Positions 43,245 to 54,310 of a DNA stretch of 64,000 nucleotides are shown here, one piece after another. The notes under the pieces were generated by a model. That model was not told the origin of the DNA, did not search any database, and saw only the letters and a program-made list of their open reading frames with translations. How positions within the stretch are numbered: position 1 is the stretch's first letter; every line of letters starts with the position of its first letter. The translations under genes were made by a program, and so were the position numbers. The stretch is from an uncultured Alphaproteobacteria bacterium (GTDB lineage Bacteria > Pseudomonadota > Alphaproteobacteria > Sphingomonadales > Sphingomonadaceae), in contig CAWAQT010000009.1 of NCBI GenBank assembly GCA_963784245.1, forward strand, positions 139,658 to 203,657, written 5' to 3'.

Positions 43245-43654
43245 CAGTCGAACTGCACCCTTCCGCGGGTCTGCTTCACCGCACTCCGCTGCTTCTTCTT
43301 GTCGACCCGCTCCGCCTTGGCGGCCCGGCTCGGTCGCGTCGGCCTCCGCTTCGCCTGGACGATATGGGCGGCGGCGATCATTTCCACCAGCCGCCGCCGG
43401 GCGTCCTGCCTGTTCGAGTCCTGAGTGCGAAATCTGCGCGCGGTGATCAGCAATTCGCCTGCGCCGGTAATCCGGCTGCCCGCGATGGCTTTCAGGCGTT
43501 CATAGACCTCGGGGTGCAGGCCCAGCCGGAACAGGTCGACGCGGAGCTGCACCGCCGTCGCCACCTTGTTGACGTTCTGCCCGCCCGGCCCGGTGGCGGC
43601 GAGGAAGGTCTCGGACAGGGCATCGTCCGGGATGACGACGTCCTCAGGCCGCAT
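43244..43654 (-). CDS. arfB: Alternative ribosome rescue peptidyl-tRNA hydrolase
   Basis: GPGGQNVNKV, RTQ..NR, basic C-terminal tail. Confidence 0.93.
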   Translation of the reverse strand: MRPEDVVIPDDALSETFLAATGPGGQNVNKVATAVQLRVDLFRLGLHPEVYERLKAIAGSRITGAGELLITARRFRTQDSNRQDARRRLVEMIAAAHIVQAKRRPTRPSRAAKAERVDKKKQRSAVKQTRGRVQFD

Positions 43655-44291
43655 CCGCCCATTCCCCGAAATGTTCCGGAAGCGGCGCACTTACGTCGAT
43701 CATGGCCTTCTTCTCACGCGGAAGGACAAGCCGCGAAGCGTGGAGCAGCATCGGACCGCCTGGCACGCCGTACACCCGATCTCCGACTATGCCGCGCCCG
43801 AACGCTTCGCGCGCATGCACTCGAAGTTGATGCGTGCGGCCCGTGACGGGGCGGAACTCGAGGAGGGTCCGGTCCCCGCGGACCGCAATCTTTCGCCAAT
43901 GCGTAATCGCCGTGTCGCCCTTGGCATCTGCAACCATCCGCCAACCGGCATCCGCGCTGGATCTCTTCCCGAGCGAGAGATCGATCGTGCCGACGTCCTT
44001 CTCGACCACGCCCTCCACGACCGCCAAATAATATTTTTCGACCTGACGGGTCTCGAACGCCTTCTGCAGCGAAGACCTCGCCTTGGGCGAGCGCGCCAGC
44101 AGAAGGCAACCCGACGTATCCTGATCGAGCCGGTGCATCGGCGTCGGCGGCCGCTGGAAGCCCTGCTTCAGTTCGCCAAGCCGCGCGACGACGCTGTCCC
44201 CGCCCCTCCGCGGAGTGTCGACCGGCAGCCCCGCGGGCTTGTCGATGACCATCGCTTCGGCGTCGATGAAGAGGATCCGTTGGTCTAGCAT
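43644..44291 (-). CDS. RluA-family pseudouridine synthase
   Basis: DKPAGL, HRLDQDTSG, TGRTHQLRVH, LHA. Confidence 0.92.
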   Translation of the reverse strand: MLDQRILFIDAEAMVIDKPAGLPVDTPRRGGDSVVARLGELKQGFQRPPTPMHRLDQDTSGCLLLARSPKARSSLQKAFETRQVEKYYLAVVEGVVEKDVGTIDLSLGKRSSADAGWRMVADAKGDTAITHWRKIAVRGDRTLLEFRPVTGRTHQLRVHAREAFGRGIVGDRVYGVPGGPMLLHASRLVLPREKKAMIDVSAPLPEHFGEWADAA

Positions 44292-44313
44292 CAACGGCCT
44301 CTTAGCCGTCTGT

Positions 44314-44414
44314 GACTCCTGCGCAACGATTCCAAGGGAATCCAGCGCGTTACACATTATTAACCTTTTGCCTTCAGACATCGAATGGTTAATGACCGCT
44401 TCAAGGCCGTTAAG
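44314..44414 (+). promoter_or_regulatory. ctrA promoter region with three GANTC sites and CtrA half/full sites
   Basis: GACTC 44314, GATTC 44328, GAATC 44338; TTAACC 44360; TTAA-N7-TTCA 44389-44403. Confidence 0.6.
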
Positions 44415-44454
44415 AGAGCGTAACGCTCGCGGTTGAAGGGTGGGGGGAAATCGC

Positions 44455-45168
<714 letters not shown>

Positions 45169-45193
45169 CCAAATTCCCTAGGGGTGGGTGAAG

Positions 45194-45225
45194 AGGCGGG
45201 GCGCTGAAAGGCGCTCCGCCTTTTT
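45194..45225 (+). terminator. Rho-independent terminator after ctrA
   Basis: AGGCGGGGCGCT-GAAA-GGCGCTCCGCCT-TTTT. Confidence 0.85.
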
Positions 45226-45229
45226 CATT

Positions 45230-45688
45230 TCAGACGATCAGCTTCAGACCGTGCAGGCGAACCGCTCGTCCCCCCTCGCAGACCGGAGCGCCGATCAGCC
45301 GCATCCGGCGGCGGCCGCCGATCGCGGGATTGATCTCCACATCCAGCGTGAACCCGCGCTGGTGCTTGATCGCATGCGCACGCAGCCGTTCCATCGCGGC
45401 GCGGGATTCCTCGGAGTAGAAAGCGACCGCTTCATCGCGCGCGACGCGCGCGCCGCGCGGCAGGCCGAAGATGTCGAATACGCCGCCCGACCAAGTCAGG
45501 CTGTTGTCGAGCAGGTCGCATTCCCACAGGCCTGCGTGATGCAGCCCAAGCGCGCCGACCTGCGCCGGCTCGATGATGTCCGTGACGGCACAACTCAGCA
45601 CGCAGCCGAGATCGAAATGACGCGCCTGCTCGAAGATCGGCCAACTGTGGTGGAGAGCCAGAGGCTCGCTACGATTCGACTTCGACAC
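45230..45688 (-). CDS. Stand-alone PAS-fold protein
   Basis: GLWECDLLDNSLTWSGGVFDIFGL (PAS_3-like start) and ...RLHGLK PAC-like end; no output domain. Confidence 0.65.
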   Translation of the reverse strand: MSKSNRSEPLALHHSWPIFEQARHFDLGCVLSCAVTDIIEPAQVGALGLHHAGLWECDLLDNSLTWSGGVFDIFGLPRGARVARDEAVAFYSEESRAAMERLRAHAIKHQRGFTLDVEINPAIGGRRRMRLIGAPVCEGGRAVRLHGLKLIV

Positions 45689-45816
45689 CCGGCTCGCCTT
45701 CGATACGGCCCGTTGCCGCTAGCCCTTATGGGTTAACAGCTGCTTGCAGGCGGCCGCCGCAGCTTAATCGAAAGGACGGCCTCAAAGGACGCGACCGCGT
45801 CCATTTCGGATGAAGT

Positions 45817-46635
45817 TCAGGAGTTGATCAGCAGGCGCTTGCGTTCGCCGCGGATCGGCAGGCTGAGCTGCTCGGGCAGAGCTTTAGCCGCAGCGTCCGC
45901 TTCCGCGTCGTCCATCCGCCGCCAGCCATCGCGGCCAAGTCGCTCGAGGGGACGGAAGCGCGTCTTGTACGCCATGCGCGGTGAGCCCTCGACCCAATAC
46001 CCGAGGTAGACATAGGGCAGCCCCGCCCTCGCCGCACGAAGGATGTGATCGAGGATGATGTAGGTGCCGAGCCCTTTGCGCGATCCGCCGACATCGAAGA
46101 AGCTGTAGATCATGGACAGGCCATCGCCCTGCTGGTCCGACAGGCAGGCCCCGACCAGCTTGCCCGGCTTACCGTCCTTCGACGGCTCGCGATATTCGAC
46201 GAGGTAAGTGCGGACGGGCGTCTGCTCGACCATGTCGGCGAAGTCGCTCTCGTCCATTTCCGCCATGCCGCCGCCCGGATGGCGAACCTCAAGATAGCGC
46301 TGCAGGAGTTCGTACTGCTCCTGCGTAGTCCATGGCTTGCAGGCGGTGACTTCCAAATCGGAATGCTTGCGCAGCATCTTGCGTTGGGTCGATGTCGCCG
46401 TGAACTCGGCCGCCAGCACGCGCACGGATACGCAGGCCGAGCAATCGATGCAGCTCGGCCGGTACGCGACCGACTGGCTGCGGCGGAATCCGATACGACC
46501 GAGCGCCTCATTGAGTTCGCCCGCATGGCGGCCCGACAATTCCGTGAACACCTTCCGCTCGACCTTGCCCGGCAAGTACGGGCACGGCGAAGGGTTGGTC
46601 ACGAAGAACTTCGGGAACCGGAACGGTGCGCTCAA
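45817..46635 (-). CDS. bpt: ATE1-like Asp/Glu-specific leucyl/arginyl-tRNA-protein transferase
   Basis: [40 protein letters not shown]. Confidence 0.9.
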   Translation of the reverse strand: MSAPFRFPKFFVTNPSPCPYLPGKVERKVFTELSGRHAGELNEALGRIGFRRSQSVAYRPSCIDCSACVSVRVLAAEFTATSTQRKMLRKHSDLEVTACKPWTTQEQYELLQRYLEVRHPGGGMAEMDESDFADMVEQTPVRTYLVEYREPSKDGKPGKLVGACLSDQQGDGLSMIYSFFDVGGSRKGLGTYIILDHILRAARAGLPYVYLGYWVEGSPRMAYKTRFRPLERLGRDGWRRMDDAEADAAAKALPEQLSLPIRGERKRLLINS

Positions 46636-46768
46636 GCGGACTCGCCTCCCAGATGGTTACGCAACACTTTATGCGACTGGTAAACGCTGTTGAAAAGAGT
46701 TGGGTCACGGAAAAGAGGGTTAATGTAGGCGCTGTCCCGGAGTGGGAAGGTCGCGATATTGACGAAGT

Positions 46769-47983
46769 TTAATCCAGAGAGGCGCGGTCGACCTTGAAAT
46801 CGGCTTCCTGGAGCAGCTGGATGCAATGTTCGATGGCCTCCGGATCGCGCGCTTCGCATTCGACCTCGATCACCGTGTCCTTGGCCGGAAGCCGCGTGAA
46901 GATACGACTGTGATTGATTTCGATGATGTTGACGCCGGCCTGCTGACAGCAGCTGGCGATGGCCGCCAGCGCACCCGGCCGATCCTGCGCAGCGATCTGG
47001 AGCCGCGCCATCCGCCCCTGCCGGGCAAGGTCGCGCACCAGCACATAGGCGAGCAGGTGCGTGTCGATGTTGCCGCCGCACAAAACCGTAGCGACCTTTC
47101 TCCCCGCGAACCGTGCCGGATCGGCCAGCATCGCCGCGAGGCCCGCAGCGCCCGCTCCCTCGACAACGCTCTTCTCGATGGCGACAAGGATCGCGACGGC
47201 GCGTTCGATATCGCGCTCGGCGACGAGGATGATCTCATCGGCGATCTCGGCGAGGATACGCGAGGTGAGCTTGCCCGGCTCCTTTACAGCAATGCCCTCG
47301 GCCAAAGTGTCTCCACCGAGCGGCCGGAACTGGCCGTCGATTGCGGTCTTCATCGAGGGATAGAGTTCCGCCTCGACGCCGATCAGTTCGATATCCGGCT
47401 TGATCGACCGCGCAGCAATTCCGACGCCTGACATCAGCCCGCCGCCGCCGATCGGCAGGACGATCATGTCGAGCTCCGGCGCGTCCTCGAGCATTTCGAG
47501 CCCAAGCGTCCCTTGACCCGCAATCACCTGCGGATCGTCGAACGGGTGGACGAAGACATAGCCTTCCGCCTTCTCCAGCTCGTGCGCGTGGGCGTAGGCA
47601 TCGTCGAACATCGCGCCGTGAAGCAGCACCTTCGCGCCATGCCCCTCGGTCTGTGACACTTTGATCGTCGGCGTGTGCAGCGGCATGACGATCGTCGCCG
47701 GAATCCCCAGCCGTTTGGCGTGATAGGCGACCGCCTGCGCATGATTGCCGGCCGAGGCCGCGATCACGCCGCGCGCACGCTCCTCCGGAGTCAGATGCAG
47801 CAATTTGTTGAGGGCGCCGCGCTCCTTGTAGGCGGCGGTGAACTGGAGATTCTCGAACTTCAGCCAGATTTCCGCGCCGATGATTTCGCTCAAAGTGCGG
47901 CTCTTCATCATCGGCGTGCGGATGACGGCGCCTTCAATGCGCTGCGCGGCGGCGCGGATGTCATCGATGGTCGGGGGCTGCAT
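46769..47983 (-). CDS. Threonine ammonia-lyase with C-terminal ACT domain
   Basis: KFENLQFTAAYKERGA, SAGNHAQ, GGGGL, GGNID, DRPG. Confidence 0.92.
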   Translation of the reverse strand: MQPPTIDDIRAAAQRIEGAVIRTPMMKSRTLSEIIGAEIWLKFENLQFTAAYKERGALNKLLHLTPEERARGVIAASAGNHAQAVAYHAKRLGIPATIVMPLHTPTIKVSQTEGHGAKVLLHGAMFDDAYAHAHELEKAEGYVFVHPFDDPQVIAGQGTLGLEMLEDAPELDMIVLPIGGGGLMSGVGIAARSIKPDIELIGVEAELYPSMKTAIDGQFRPLGGDTLAEGIAVKEPGKLTSRILAEIADEIILVAERDIERAVAILVAIEKSVVEGAGAAGLAAMLADPARFAGRKVATVLCGGNIDTHLLAYVLVRDLARQGRMARLQIAAQDRPGALAAIASCCQQAGVNIIEINHSRIFTRLPAKDTVIEVECEARDPEAIEHCIQLLQEADFKVDRASLD

Positions 47984-48053
47984 GGACGCCGGATGAAGCA
48001 TGGAGCAAGCGCTAGCTCTTCCTGCCGCCGCGAACAATGCTATCGCCTCGTTC

Positions 48054-49730
48054 ATGCACAGACGCATGCTTGCAGCGCTCGCCATCGCGCTCCTCCCCGC
48101 TCCCGCTATCCCAGCGACCCTCGTCGAAAATGCGCGCGGGCTTCAGATCACTGCCGACGGCAAGATCGACCGCTTCACGGGGCTGGTCATCAATGACCAG
48201 GGCAAGGTGGTCCAGGTCCTAAGGGGGAGCAGCGCCGGCGTTGTCGTCCCGATCGACCGCCGTGTCGACGTCGGGGGACGCGCCCTGCTGCCAGGGCTGA
48301 TCGACGCGCACGGACATGTCATGGCCTTGGGCCTTGCAGCTTTGCAGCTCGATCTCGTCGGCACGAGCTCGGTCGCTGACCTACAACAACGCCTGCGCTC
48401 TTATTCCGCGTTGCGGGCGAACCACGCATGGATCGTCGGCCGAGGCTGGAACCAGGAACTGTGGACGGACTCTCGTTTCCCGACCGCAGCCGATCTGGAC
48501 GTCATCGTGGCCGAACGCCCCGTGACGTTGGAACGCATCGACGGGCACGCATTAGTGGTGAACAGCGCGGCACTGAGGGCGGCGGGCATTACCGCCGCAA
48601 CCAAGGACCCGGTCGGCGGCAAGATCGAGCGCGATGGCAACGGCAATCCTACTGGCTTGCTTGTCGACGCGGCGATGGAACTGGTCAGTTCAAAGGTACC
48701 GCCTCCATCTGAGCAGACCATGGCGCAAGCACTCGCCAAGGCGCAGGAAATCCTCCTCGCGACAGGCATCACGGCTACGGCGGACATGGGCACCTCGGTC
48801 GCCGATTGGGCGGCGATGAACCAGGCGGGCCGCACCGGCCGGCTCAATCTCCGGATCATGGCTTACTCGAGCGGCGTCGGGCCAATCGCGACCATCGCGC
48901 CGACCGGTCCTTCGAACTGGCTGTTCAGCGATCGGCTCCGGCTCGTCGGAGTGAAGCTCTATTCCGACGGTGCGCTGGGTTCGCGCGGAGCCTATCTGAA
49001 GCAGCCTTATGCCGACCAGCCGGAGACGCGAGGCCTTCGCTTCCTGACGGACGAGGAGCTTCGCGCACAGGCGGATCAGGCCGCATCGAAGGGCCTGCAA
49101 CTGGCGATCCACGCAATCGGCGACGCTGCCGATGCACAGGTGATCTCCGCCTATGAGGAGTTGTCGCGCAAATACGGGAAGGACCGCCGCTGGCGCATCG
49201 AGCATTTCCAGATCGCCGATCCCGCCGACATTCCGCACCTCGCGCCCGCCGGCATCATCGCGTCGATGCAGCCGACGCACCAGACCAGCGACCGCCTGAT
49301 GGCCGAAAAGCGATTAGGACCGGATCGCCTCGCCGGCGCGTATGCCTGGCAGTCGGTGATCAAGTCCGGAGCGCGCATCGCTTTCGGATCCGACTTTCCG
49401 GTGGAATCACCGAACCCGTTCCCAGGCCTCGCCGCCGCAATCAGCCGCCAGGACGTAAACGGGCTTCCTCCCGGCGGTTGGATGCCCGAGCAACGTGTCA
49501 GCTTCGAGCAGGCCCTGTCCGGATTCACGCGCGACGCCGCTTACGCTGGCTTTGCGGAGCAGAAAATCGGATCGCTGGAGCCGGGGAAATGGGCCGACTT
49601 CGTCATCGTCGACCGCGACATCAGCGAGGCAGATGCGATGGCCATCGCACAAACCCAGGTGTTGGAAACCTGGGTCGCCGGCAAGAAAGTGTGGAGCGCG
49701 ACTAAGGCTGGCGGCGAGCGCGGGAAGTAA
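48054..49730 (+). CDS. Secreted amidohydrolase 3 family (YtcJ-like)
   Basis: [33 protein letters not shown]. Confidence 0.9.
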   Translation: MHRRMLAALAIALLPAPAIPATLVENARGLQITADGKIDRFTGLVINDQGKVVQVLRGSSAGVVVPIDRRVDVGGRALLPGLIDAHGHVMALGLAALQLDLVGTSSVADLQQRLRSYSALRANHAWIVGRGWNQELWTDSRFPTAADLDVIVAERPVTLERIDGHALVVNSAALRAAGITAATKDPVGGKIERDGNGNPTGLLVDAAMELVSSKVPPPSEQTMAQALAKAQEILLATGITATADMGTSVADWAAMNQAGRTGRLNLRIMAYSSGVGPIATIAPTGPSNWLFSDRLRLVGVKLYSDGALGSRGAYLKQPYADQPETRGLRFLTDEELRAQADQAASKGLQLAIHAIGDAADAQVISAYEELSRKYGKDRRWRIEHFQIADPADIPHLAPAGIIASMQPTHQTSDRLMAEKRLGPDRLAGAYAWQSVIKSGARIAFGSDFPVESPNPFPGLAAAISRQDVNGLPPGGWMPEQRVSFEQALSGFTRDAAYAGFAEQKIGSLEPGKWADFVIVDRDISEADAMAIAQTQVLETWVAGKKVWSATKAGGERGK

Positions 49731-51681
49731 GCATCGACGGCGTAAGGATCTGCGGCAGCTCCTCGGGCTCCTTGCCCGGCGCGTACCACAGATAGAGCGG
49801 CACGCCCGCGCGGCCCCGGCCTTCCAGGAACCGCGTGATGGCCGGATCGCCATTCGTCCAGTCGGCACCAAACACTTTTACGCCCGCTGCGTCGAAGGCC
49901 TTGCGCACCTCAGCCCGGTCGATCGCTGTCGCCTCGTTTGCCTTGCAGGTGAGGCACCAGTCGGCGGTGAAATAGACGAATGCCGGATGGCCCTCGCCGA
50001 GGGCCCGCTCGACTTCAATGTCGCTCCAGAGCTCCGCACCTTCAACGGCCCGCGAAATGGCTGCGGGCCGCTCGGGCATTCCCCAGACGGCGGCACCCGC
50101 AACAGCCACGGCGGCGAGCGTGGCGATATAGCCGGTCTGCTTGCCCTGCCGTTGCATCAGCCCCGCTCCGAACAGCATCACGGCAGCGACCACGGCGGAA
50201 ACAATCCCGATCTGGAGCGCCGTGCCGCCGCCGAGGCGCCACAACAGCCACAGACAGCCGAGCGCCGTCAGCGCCATCGGGATCGCGAGAATGCGCTGCA
50301 AGCGGACCATCCACGGTCCTGGCTTGGGAAGCAGGCGTCGCAAGCGGGGCACGAAGGCGATCGCGACGAACGGCAGTCCGAGCCCCAGCCCGAGCGCCGC
50401 GAAGACGGCGATCGACCAGACCGGCGGAAGAAGCAGCGCCGTGCCAAGCGCCACCCCCAGGAATGGCCCGGCGCATGGCGTCGCAATGAAAGCCGCAAGT
50501 GCGCCCGCTCCGAAACTGCCTGAGGGGAGGCCGGACGTGACGACCGATGGGACTTCGAACACCCGCAGGAGGTTCAGCGTGATCGCCGTGGTCAGCAGCA
50601 GGAGAACGACGATGGTGCGCGGGTCCTGCAGCTGGAACGCCCAGCCGATTTCCGTCCCCGCGGACCGGATCGCGAGCAGGGCAATGCCAAGTGCCCCCGT
50701 CCCGACGATCGCGCCTGCGGCATAGCCCAGCGCATCGCGCCTCGCCTCCTTCTCGTCGCCCCCGCTCCGCGCCAGGTGCAGGGCCTTGATCGCGAGGATC
50801 GGAAAGACGCAGGGCATCAGGTTGAGGAGCAGGCCTCCGGCAATCGCTCCGAGCACTGCCCACAGGATTGCCTCCGCCCCGTCTTCACCGACGATTTGGC
50901 CGCCCTTTGGTACGTCGCCGCGGAGCGCCTGAATTTCCAGTCCACGCCCGTCTCCGAACGCAAGCACGCCCGCGAACTCGGCCGGCTCTCCAGTCCGCCG
51001 CGGAAGCTCGGCGATCAACTGGTCGCCGGCCCGCCGAAAGATCTGCTTGCCGGCATAGTCGACCGGTCCATCAGCAGCCGGAAACAGATAGGGCTCCTCA
51101 ACGGTGACGCCGCGAGGAAGCGGAATGGCCACGCGCAGCCTGTTGCCTGCGATCTCGAACCTGGCTGGGGTTACCAGTGGCCGCGGCAATGCGCGCTTCC
51201 ACTCGTCGAACTGGGCGGTGGCTTCGGGCTGAAGCTGACCGACGGCCAGTTCCAGCGAAAATTCGCCCTGCTCCGGCACGCAGATCTTGTCCGTGCAGGC
51301 GAGCCATCTGGCCTTTGCGGCGATGGGGACCGTTCCCGCGGCGCCGGCCGGCACCTTCAGTCGCGTAAGGACGGCGTAATCGTCCTCGTAAACGTAGTTC
51401 ATGATGCCAGCGACGGTCAGCCGCGTCGGCACCGGATAGCGCAGCGGTCCCATCGAATAGCCCGGCGGAAGCGTCCATTCGACGTCCATCGGCAGGCCCG
51501 CATCACCCGGATTGAGCCAGTAGCCGTGCCATCCCGGCCTGGTCTTCATCAGGATCGCAAGCTCGACTTCGCGACCGGGCGCTGCCGCCCCTTCGGCGAC
51601 GAGCTCCGGCTCGATTCCACGCGCTTGCGCAAACGCCGGCGCAAGCAGCAGAGCGAAGAGGATCAGGAGGCGCCGAAACAT
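49702..51681 (-). CDS. dsbD: Protein-disulfide reductase DsbD family
   Basis: WHGYWLNPGDAG, C...C, LNLMPCVFP, ATPC, WCLTC thioredoxin motif. Confidence 0.88.
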   Translation of the reverse strand: MFRRLLILFALLLAPAFAQARGIEPELVAEGAAAPGREVELAILMKTRPGWHGYWLNPGDAGLPMDVEWTLPPGYSMGPLRYPVPTRLTVAGIMNYVYEDDYAVLTRLKVPAGAAGTVPIAAKARWLACTDKICVPEQGEFSLELAVGQLQPEATAQFDEWKRALPRPLVTPARFEIAGNRLRVAIPLPRGVTVEEPYLFPAADGPVDYAGKQIFRRAGDQLIAELPRRTGEPAEFAGVLAFGDGRGLEIQALRGDVPKGGQIVGEDGAEAILWAVLGAIAGGLLLNLMPCVFPILAIKALHLARSGGDEKEARRDALGYAAGAIVGTGALGIALLAIRSAGTEIGWAFQLQDPRTIVVLLLLTTAITLNLLRVFEVPSVVTSGLPSGSFGAGALAAFIATPCAGPFLGVALGTALLLPPVWSIAVFAALGLGLGLPFVAIAFVPRLRRLLPKPGPWMVRLQRILAIPMALTALGCLWLLWRLGGGTALQIGIVSAVVAAVMLFGAGLMQRQGKQTGYIATLAAVAVAGAAVWGMPERPAAISRAVEGAELWSDIEVERALGEGHPAFVYFTADWCLTCKANEATAIDRAEVRKAFDAAGVKVFGADWTNGDPAITRFLEGRGRAGVPLYLWYAPGKEPEELPQILTPSMLTSRARRQP

Positions 51682-51790
51682 GATCGTTTTCGGTACAGTC
51701 CAACAGCCGCAGCGCAAGAGAGTCGGAGTCGCAATGGCTTCCAATCTCGGCTAGCTGTCGTCCCAAACTTTAGGTCGGAGAATCATCAGG

Positions 51791-53650
51791 ATGCGTTTCG
51801 CCCGGGCAATCTGGAAGCTGCTGGTCGGCGTGAAGGACGCATTGGTCCTCATCTTCATGCTGATGTTCTTTGGCCTGATCTACGCCGGTCTCTCGGCCAA
51901 GCCGACACCGATTTCCGAAGGCGTTCTCGCCTTTGAATTGAACGGTCCGGTTGTCGAACAGCCCTCGAAGGCCGACGTTTCCGAATTGCTCGCGGGCGGC
52001 AGCCCGGCGCGCGAATATCGCCTCCGCGACCTCGTCGCCGCGCTTGACAGTGCACGGACCGACGACCGCGTGAAGGCCGTGGCGCTCGATCTCGACAGCT
52101 TCGCCGGCGGCGGTCAGGCGGCCATGTCGGACCTTTCCGACGCCATCCGTCGAGTGCGCGATTCCGGAAAGCCCGTCCTCGCTTATGCGACGGGCTACAC
52201 TGACGACACCTATCAGATCGCCGCCGCCGCTTCGGAAGTCTGGCTCAACCCGCTGGGCCTCGTCGGCCTTGCCGGTCCGGGCGGACAGAACCTCTACTTC
52301 AAGGGCCTGCTCGACAAGCTGGGCGTGACCGCGCACGTCTATCGCGTCGGCACCTACAAGGCCGCAGTCGAGCCCTTCACCCGCGAAGACATGTCGCCGG
52401 AGGCTGAGCAGAACGCGCAGGCTCTTGCCGATGCCCTACTCGAAACGTGGCGCGAGAGCGTCCTGAAGGCACGGCCGAAGGCGAAGCTCGATCCCTACAT
52501 GCGCGATACGGCCGGCGCCGTTCAGGCAGCTGGTGGCGACATGGCGAAGGCCGCGCTCAATGCCGGCCTGGTCGACAAGATCGCCGACCGTCAGGCGTTC
52601 GAAAAGCGGCTCGCCGAGCTTGGTGGCGATGACGACAGTGCAATCGGCGGATACCAGCGCATCAAGCTTCCCGCCTATCTGAAGGATGCGGCGGAAGACC
52701 GCCCCGACGGCCCCATTGGTGTCGTGACCGTTGCCGGCATGATCGTCGACGGCAAGGCCTCTGCCGGCACCGCGGGCGGCGACAGCATCGCTCAGGTGAT
52801 CGAAAAGGGCCTCGCCCGCGACAATCTCAAGGCGCTGGTCGTCCGCGTAGACAGCCCCGGCGGGTCGGTTCTCGCTTCGGAGCGCATCCGCCAGGCGATC
52901 CTCGAAGCCAAGCGCCGCAAGCTTCCCGTCGTCGTATCGATGGGTAACGTCGCCGCGTCGGGCGGCTATTGGGTCTCGACACCCGCCGACTTCATCTATG
53001 CCGAGCCCTCGACTATCACCGGCTCGATCGGCGTGTTCGGCATCCTACCGAGCTTCGAAGGCACTCGGCAGAAGCTGGGCCTCGGCGCGGACGGCGTGAA
53101 GACGACGCCTCTTTCCGGCGAACCCGATTTGCTCAACGGCCCATCGCCGGAAGCGGAGCGCCTGCTCCAGACCAGCGTCGAGTCCATCTACGGCCGCTTC
53201 CTGGGGATCGTCGCCCAGTCGCGGCGCAAGACTCCGCAGCAGATCGACCAAATCGCCCAGGGCCGGGTCTGGGACGGCGGCACCGCTCGCCAGATCGGTC
53301 TGGTCGACGGCTTCGGCGGAATGGAAGAGGCGGTCGCGAAGGCCGCCGAGCTCGCAAAGCTCGGCGACGAACGCGGCGTGACCTATCTGGAGCGTCCGAC
53401 CAGCTTCAAGGAACAGCTGCTCGACATGCTTGCCCAGCAGGAGCGTGACGAAGGTGCTGCTCCGGCCGACGGTTTCGCCTTCTTCGGCAACGGCCAGCGC
53501 AAGCTGGCACAGGCGCTGGCGGACATCCGCACGATCCTGAATGGACCGAGCATCCAGGTCCGCTGCCTCGAATGCCCCGCCTCTGCGCCCGCTCGCGTCG
53601 AGCGCCGCGACGTCGGCTTCATGGCAAGCCTGGCGGAGTGGCTATTCTAG
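51791..53650 (+). CDS. sppA: Signal peptide peptidase SppA (67K type)
   Basis: YKAAVEP, RVDSPGGS, AASGGY, TGSIG, QGRVW. Confidence 0.94.
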   Translation: MRFARAIWKLLVGVKDALVLIFMLMFFGLIYAGLSAKPTPISEGVLAFELNGPVVEQPSKADVSELLAGGSPAREYRLRDLVAALDSARTDDRVKAVALDLDSFAGGGQAAMSDLSDAIRRVRDSGKPVLAYATGYTDDTYQIAAAASEVWLNPLGLVGLAGPGGQNLYFKGLLDKLGVTAHVYRVGTYKAAVEPFTREDMSPEAEQNAQALADALLETWRESVLKARPKAKLDPYMRDTAGAVQAAGGDMAKAALNAGLVDKIADRQAFEKRLAELGGDDDSAIGGYQRIKLPAYLKDAAEDRPDGPIGVVTVAGMIVDGKASAGTAGGDSIAQVIEKGLARDNLKALVVRVDSPGGSVLASERIRQAILEAKRRKLPVVVSMGNVAASGGYWVSTPADFIYAEPSTITGSIGVFGILPSFEGTRQKLGLGADGVKTTPLSGEPDLLNGPSPEAERLLQTSVESIYGRFLGIVAQSRRKTPQQIDQIAQGRVWDGGTARQIGLVDGFGGMEEAVAKAAELAKLGDERGVTYLERPTSFKEQLLDMLAQQERDEGAAPADGFAFFGNGQRKLAQALADIRTILNGPSIQVRCLECPASAPARVERRDVGFMASLAEWLF

Positions 53651-53681
53651 TCGATCAACTCTTCGGGCCAGGGATCGCCGC

Positions 53682-54278
53682 CTAGGCCGCTTCTTCCCGC
53701 ACCATCATCCTTTCGACGAAGGTCCGAAACTGTGCGACCGCCCGGTCGAAGTGCGCCACATCGCGATAGGTGCGCGCCTGCATGACGCCCCCCTCCATCA
53801 CGTTGAGCGCAAGCTCGGCGAGTCCCCGGAAGTCGGTTCCTGTGACGAAACGGTGCTCGGCGGCGCGGAAGCATTCCTCGACCGCATCGACCCAGTTCGT
53901 GAAATTCTGGGCGAGCCTCTCGCGGACGATCGGGTCCGCGTCGTGCAGCTCCAGAGCCAGGCTGCCGATCGGACAGCCGTACTGGCATTCGGTATCCACA
54001 ATCGCCCGGCGATAGAAGTCGAGCAAAGCAAACACGCGCTCAACAGGGTCCGATACACCCTGCCACGCGGGCTCCAGCAGCATCTGGCGGATTCCGTCGC
54101 GATAGGCTTCGAGCACCGCAAGGAGCACGTCCTGCTTGCCCGGAAAGAAGTGATAGAGGCTGCCGCTATTGACCTGGCTGCGGCTCAATATGTCGGCGAT
54201 CGAGGTCGATGCGTAACCCTTGAGCCAGAACAGCTCCATCGCCGCTTCGACGATCCGCCAGCGCGTATCCTTCGCCAT
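53682..54278 (-). CDS. TetR/AcrR family transcriptional regulator
   Basis: N-terminal HTH (LFWLKGYASTS...GSLYHFFPGK), GCPIGSLALE C-terminal motif. Confidence 0.92.
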   Translation of the reverse strand: MAKDTRWRIVEAAMELFWLKGYASTSIADILSRSQVNSGSLYHFFPGKQDVLLAVLEAYRDGIRQMLLEPAWQGVSDPVERVFALLDFYRRAIVDTECQYGCPIGSLALELHDADPIVRERLAQNFTNWVDAVEECFRAAEHRFVTGTDFRGLAELALNVMEGGVMQARTYRDVAHFDRAVAQFRTFVERMMVREEAA

Positions 54279-54287
54279 GTACAGTTC

Positions 54288-54307
54288 TTAGTTGAACGCT
54301 CAATCAA
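54288..54307. promoter_or_regulatory. Palindromic operator, copy 2, between the -35 and -10 of tetR
   Basis: Minus strand TTGACT-c-TTGATTGAGCGTTCAACTAA-gaactgtacATG. Confidence 0.75.
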
Positions 54308-54310
54308 GAG

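Noticed and set aside
46650-46730. CtrA-like sites upstream of bpt
   Set aside because: Only half-sites and a two-mismatch full site; too weak to call.
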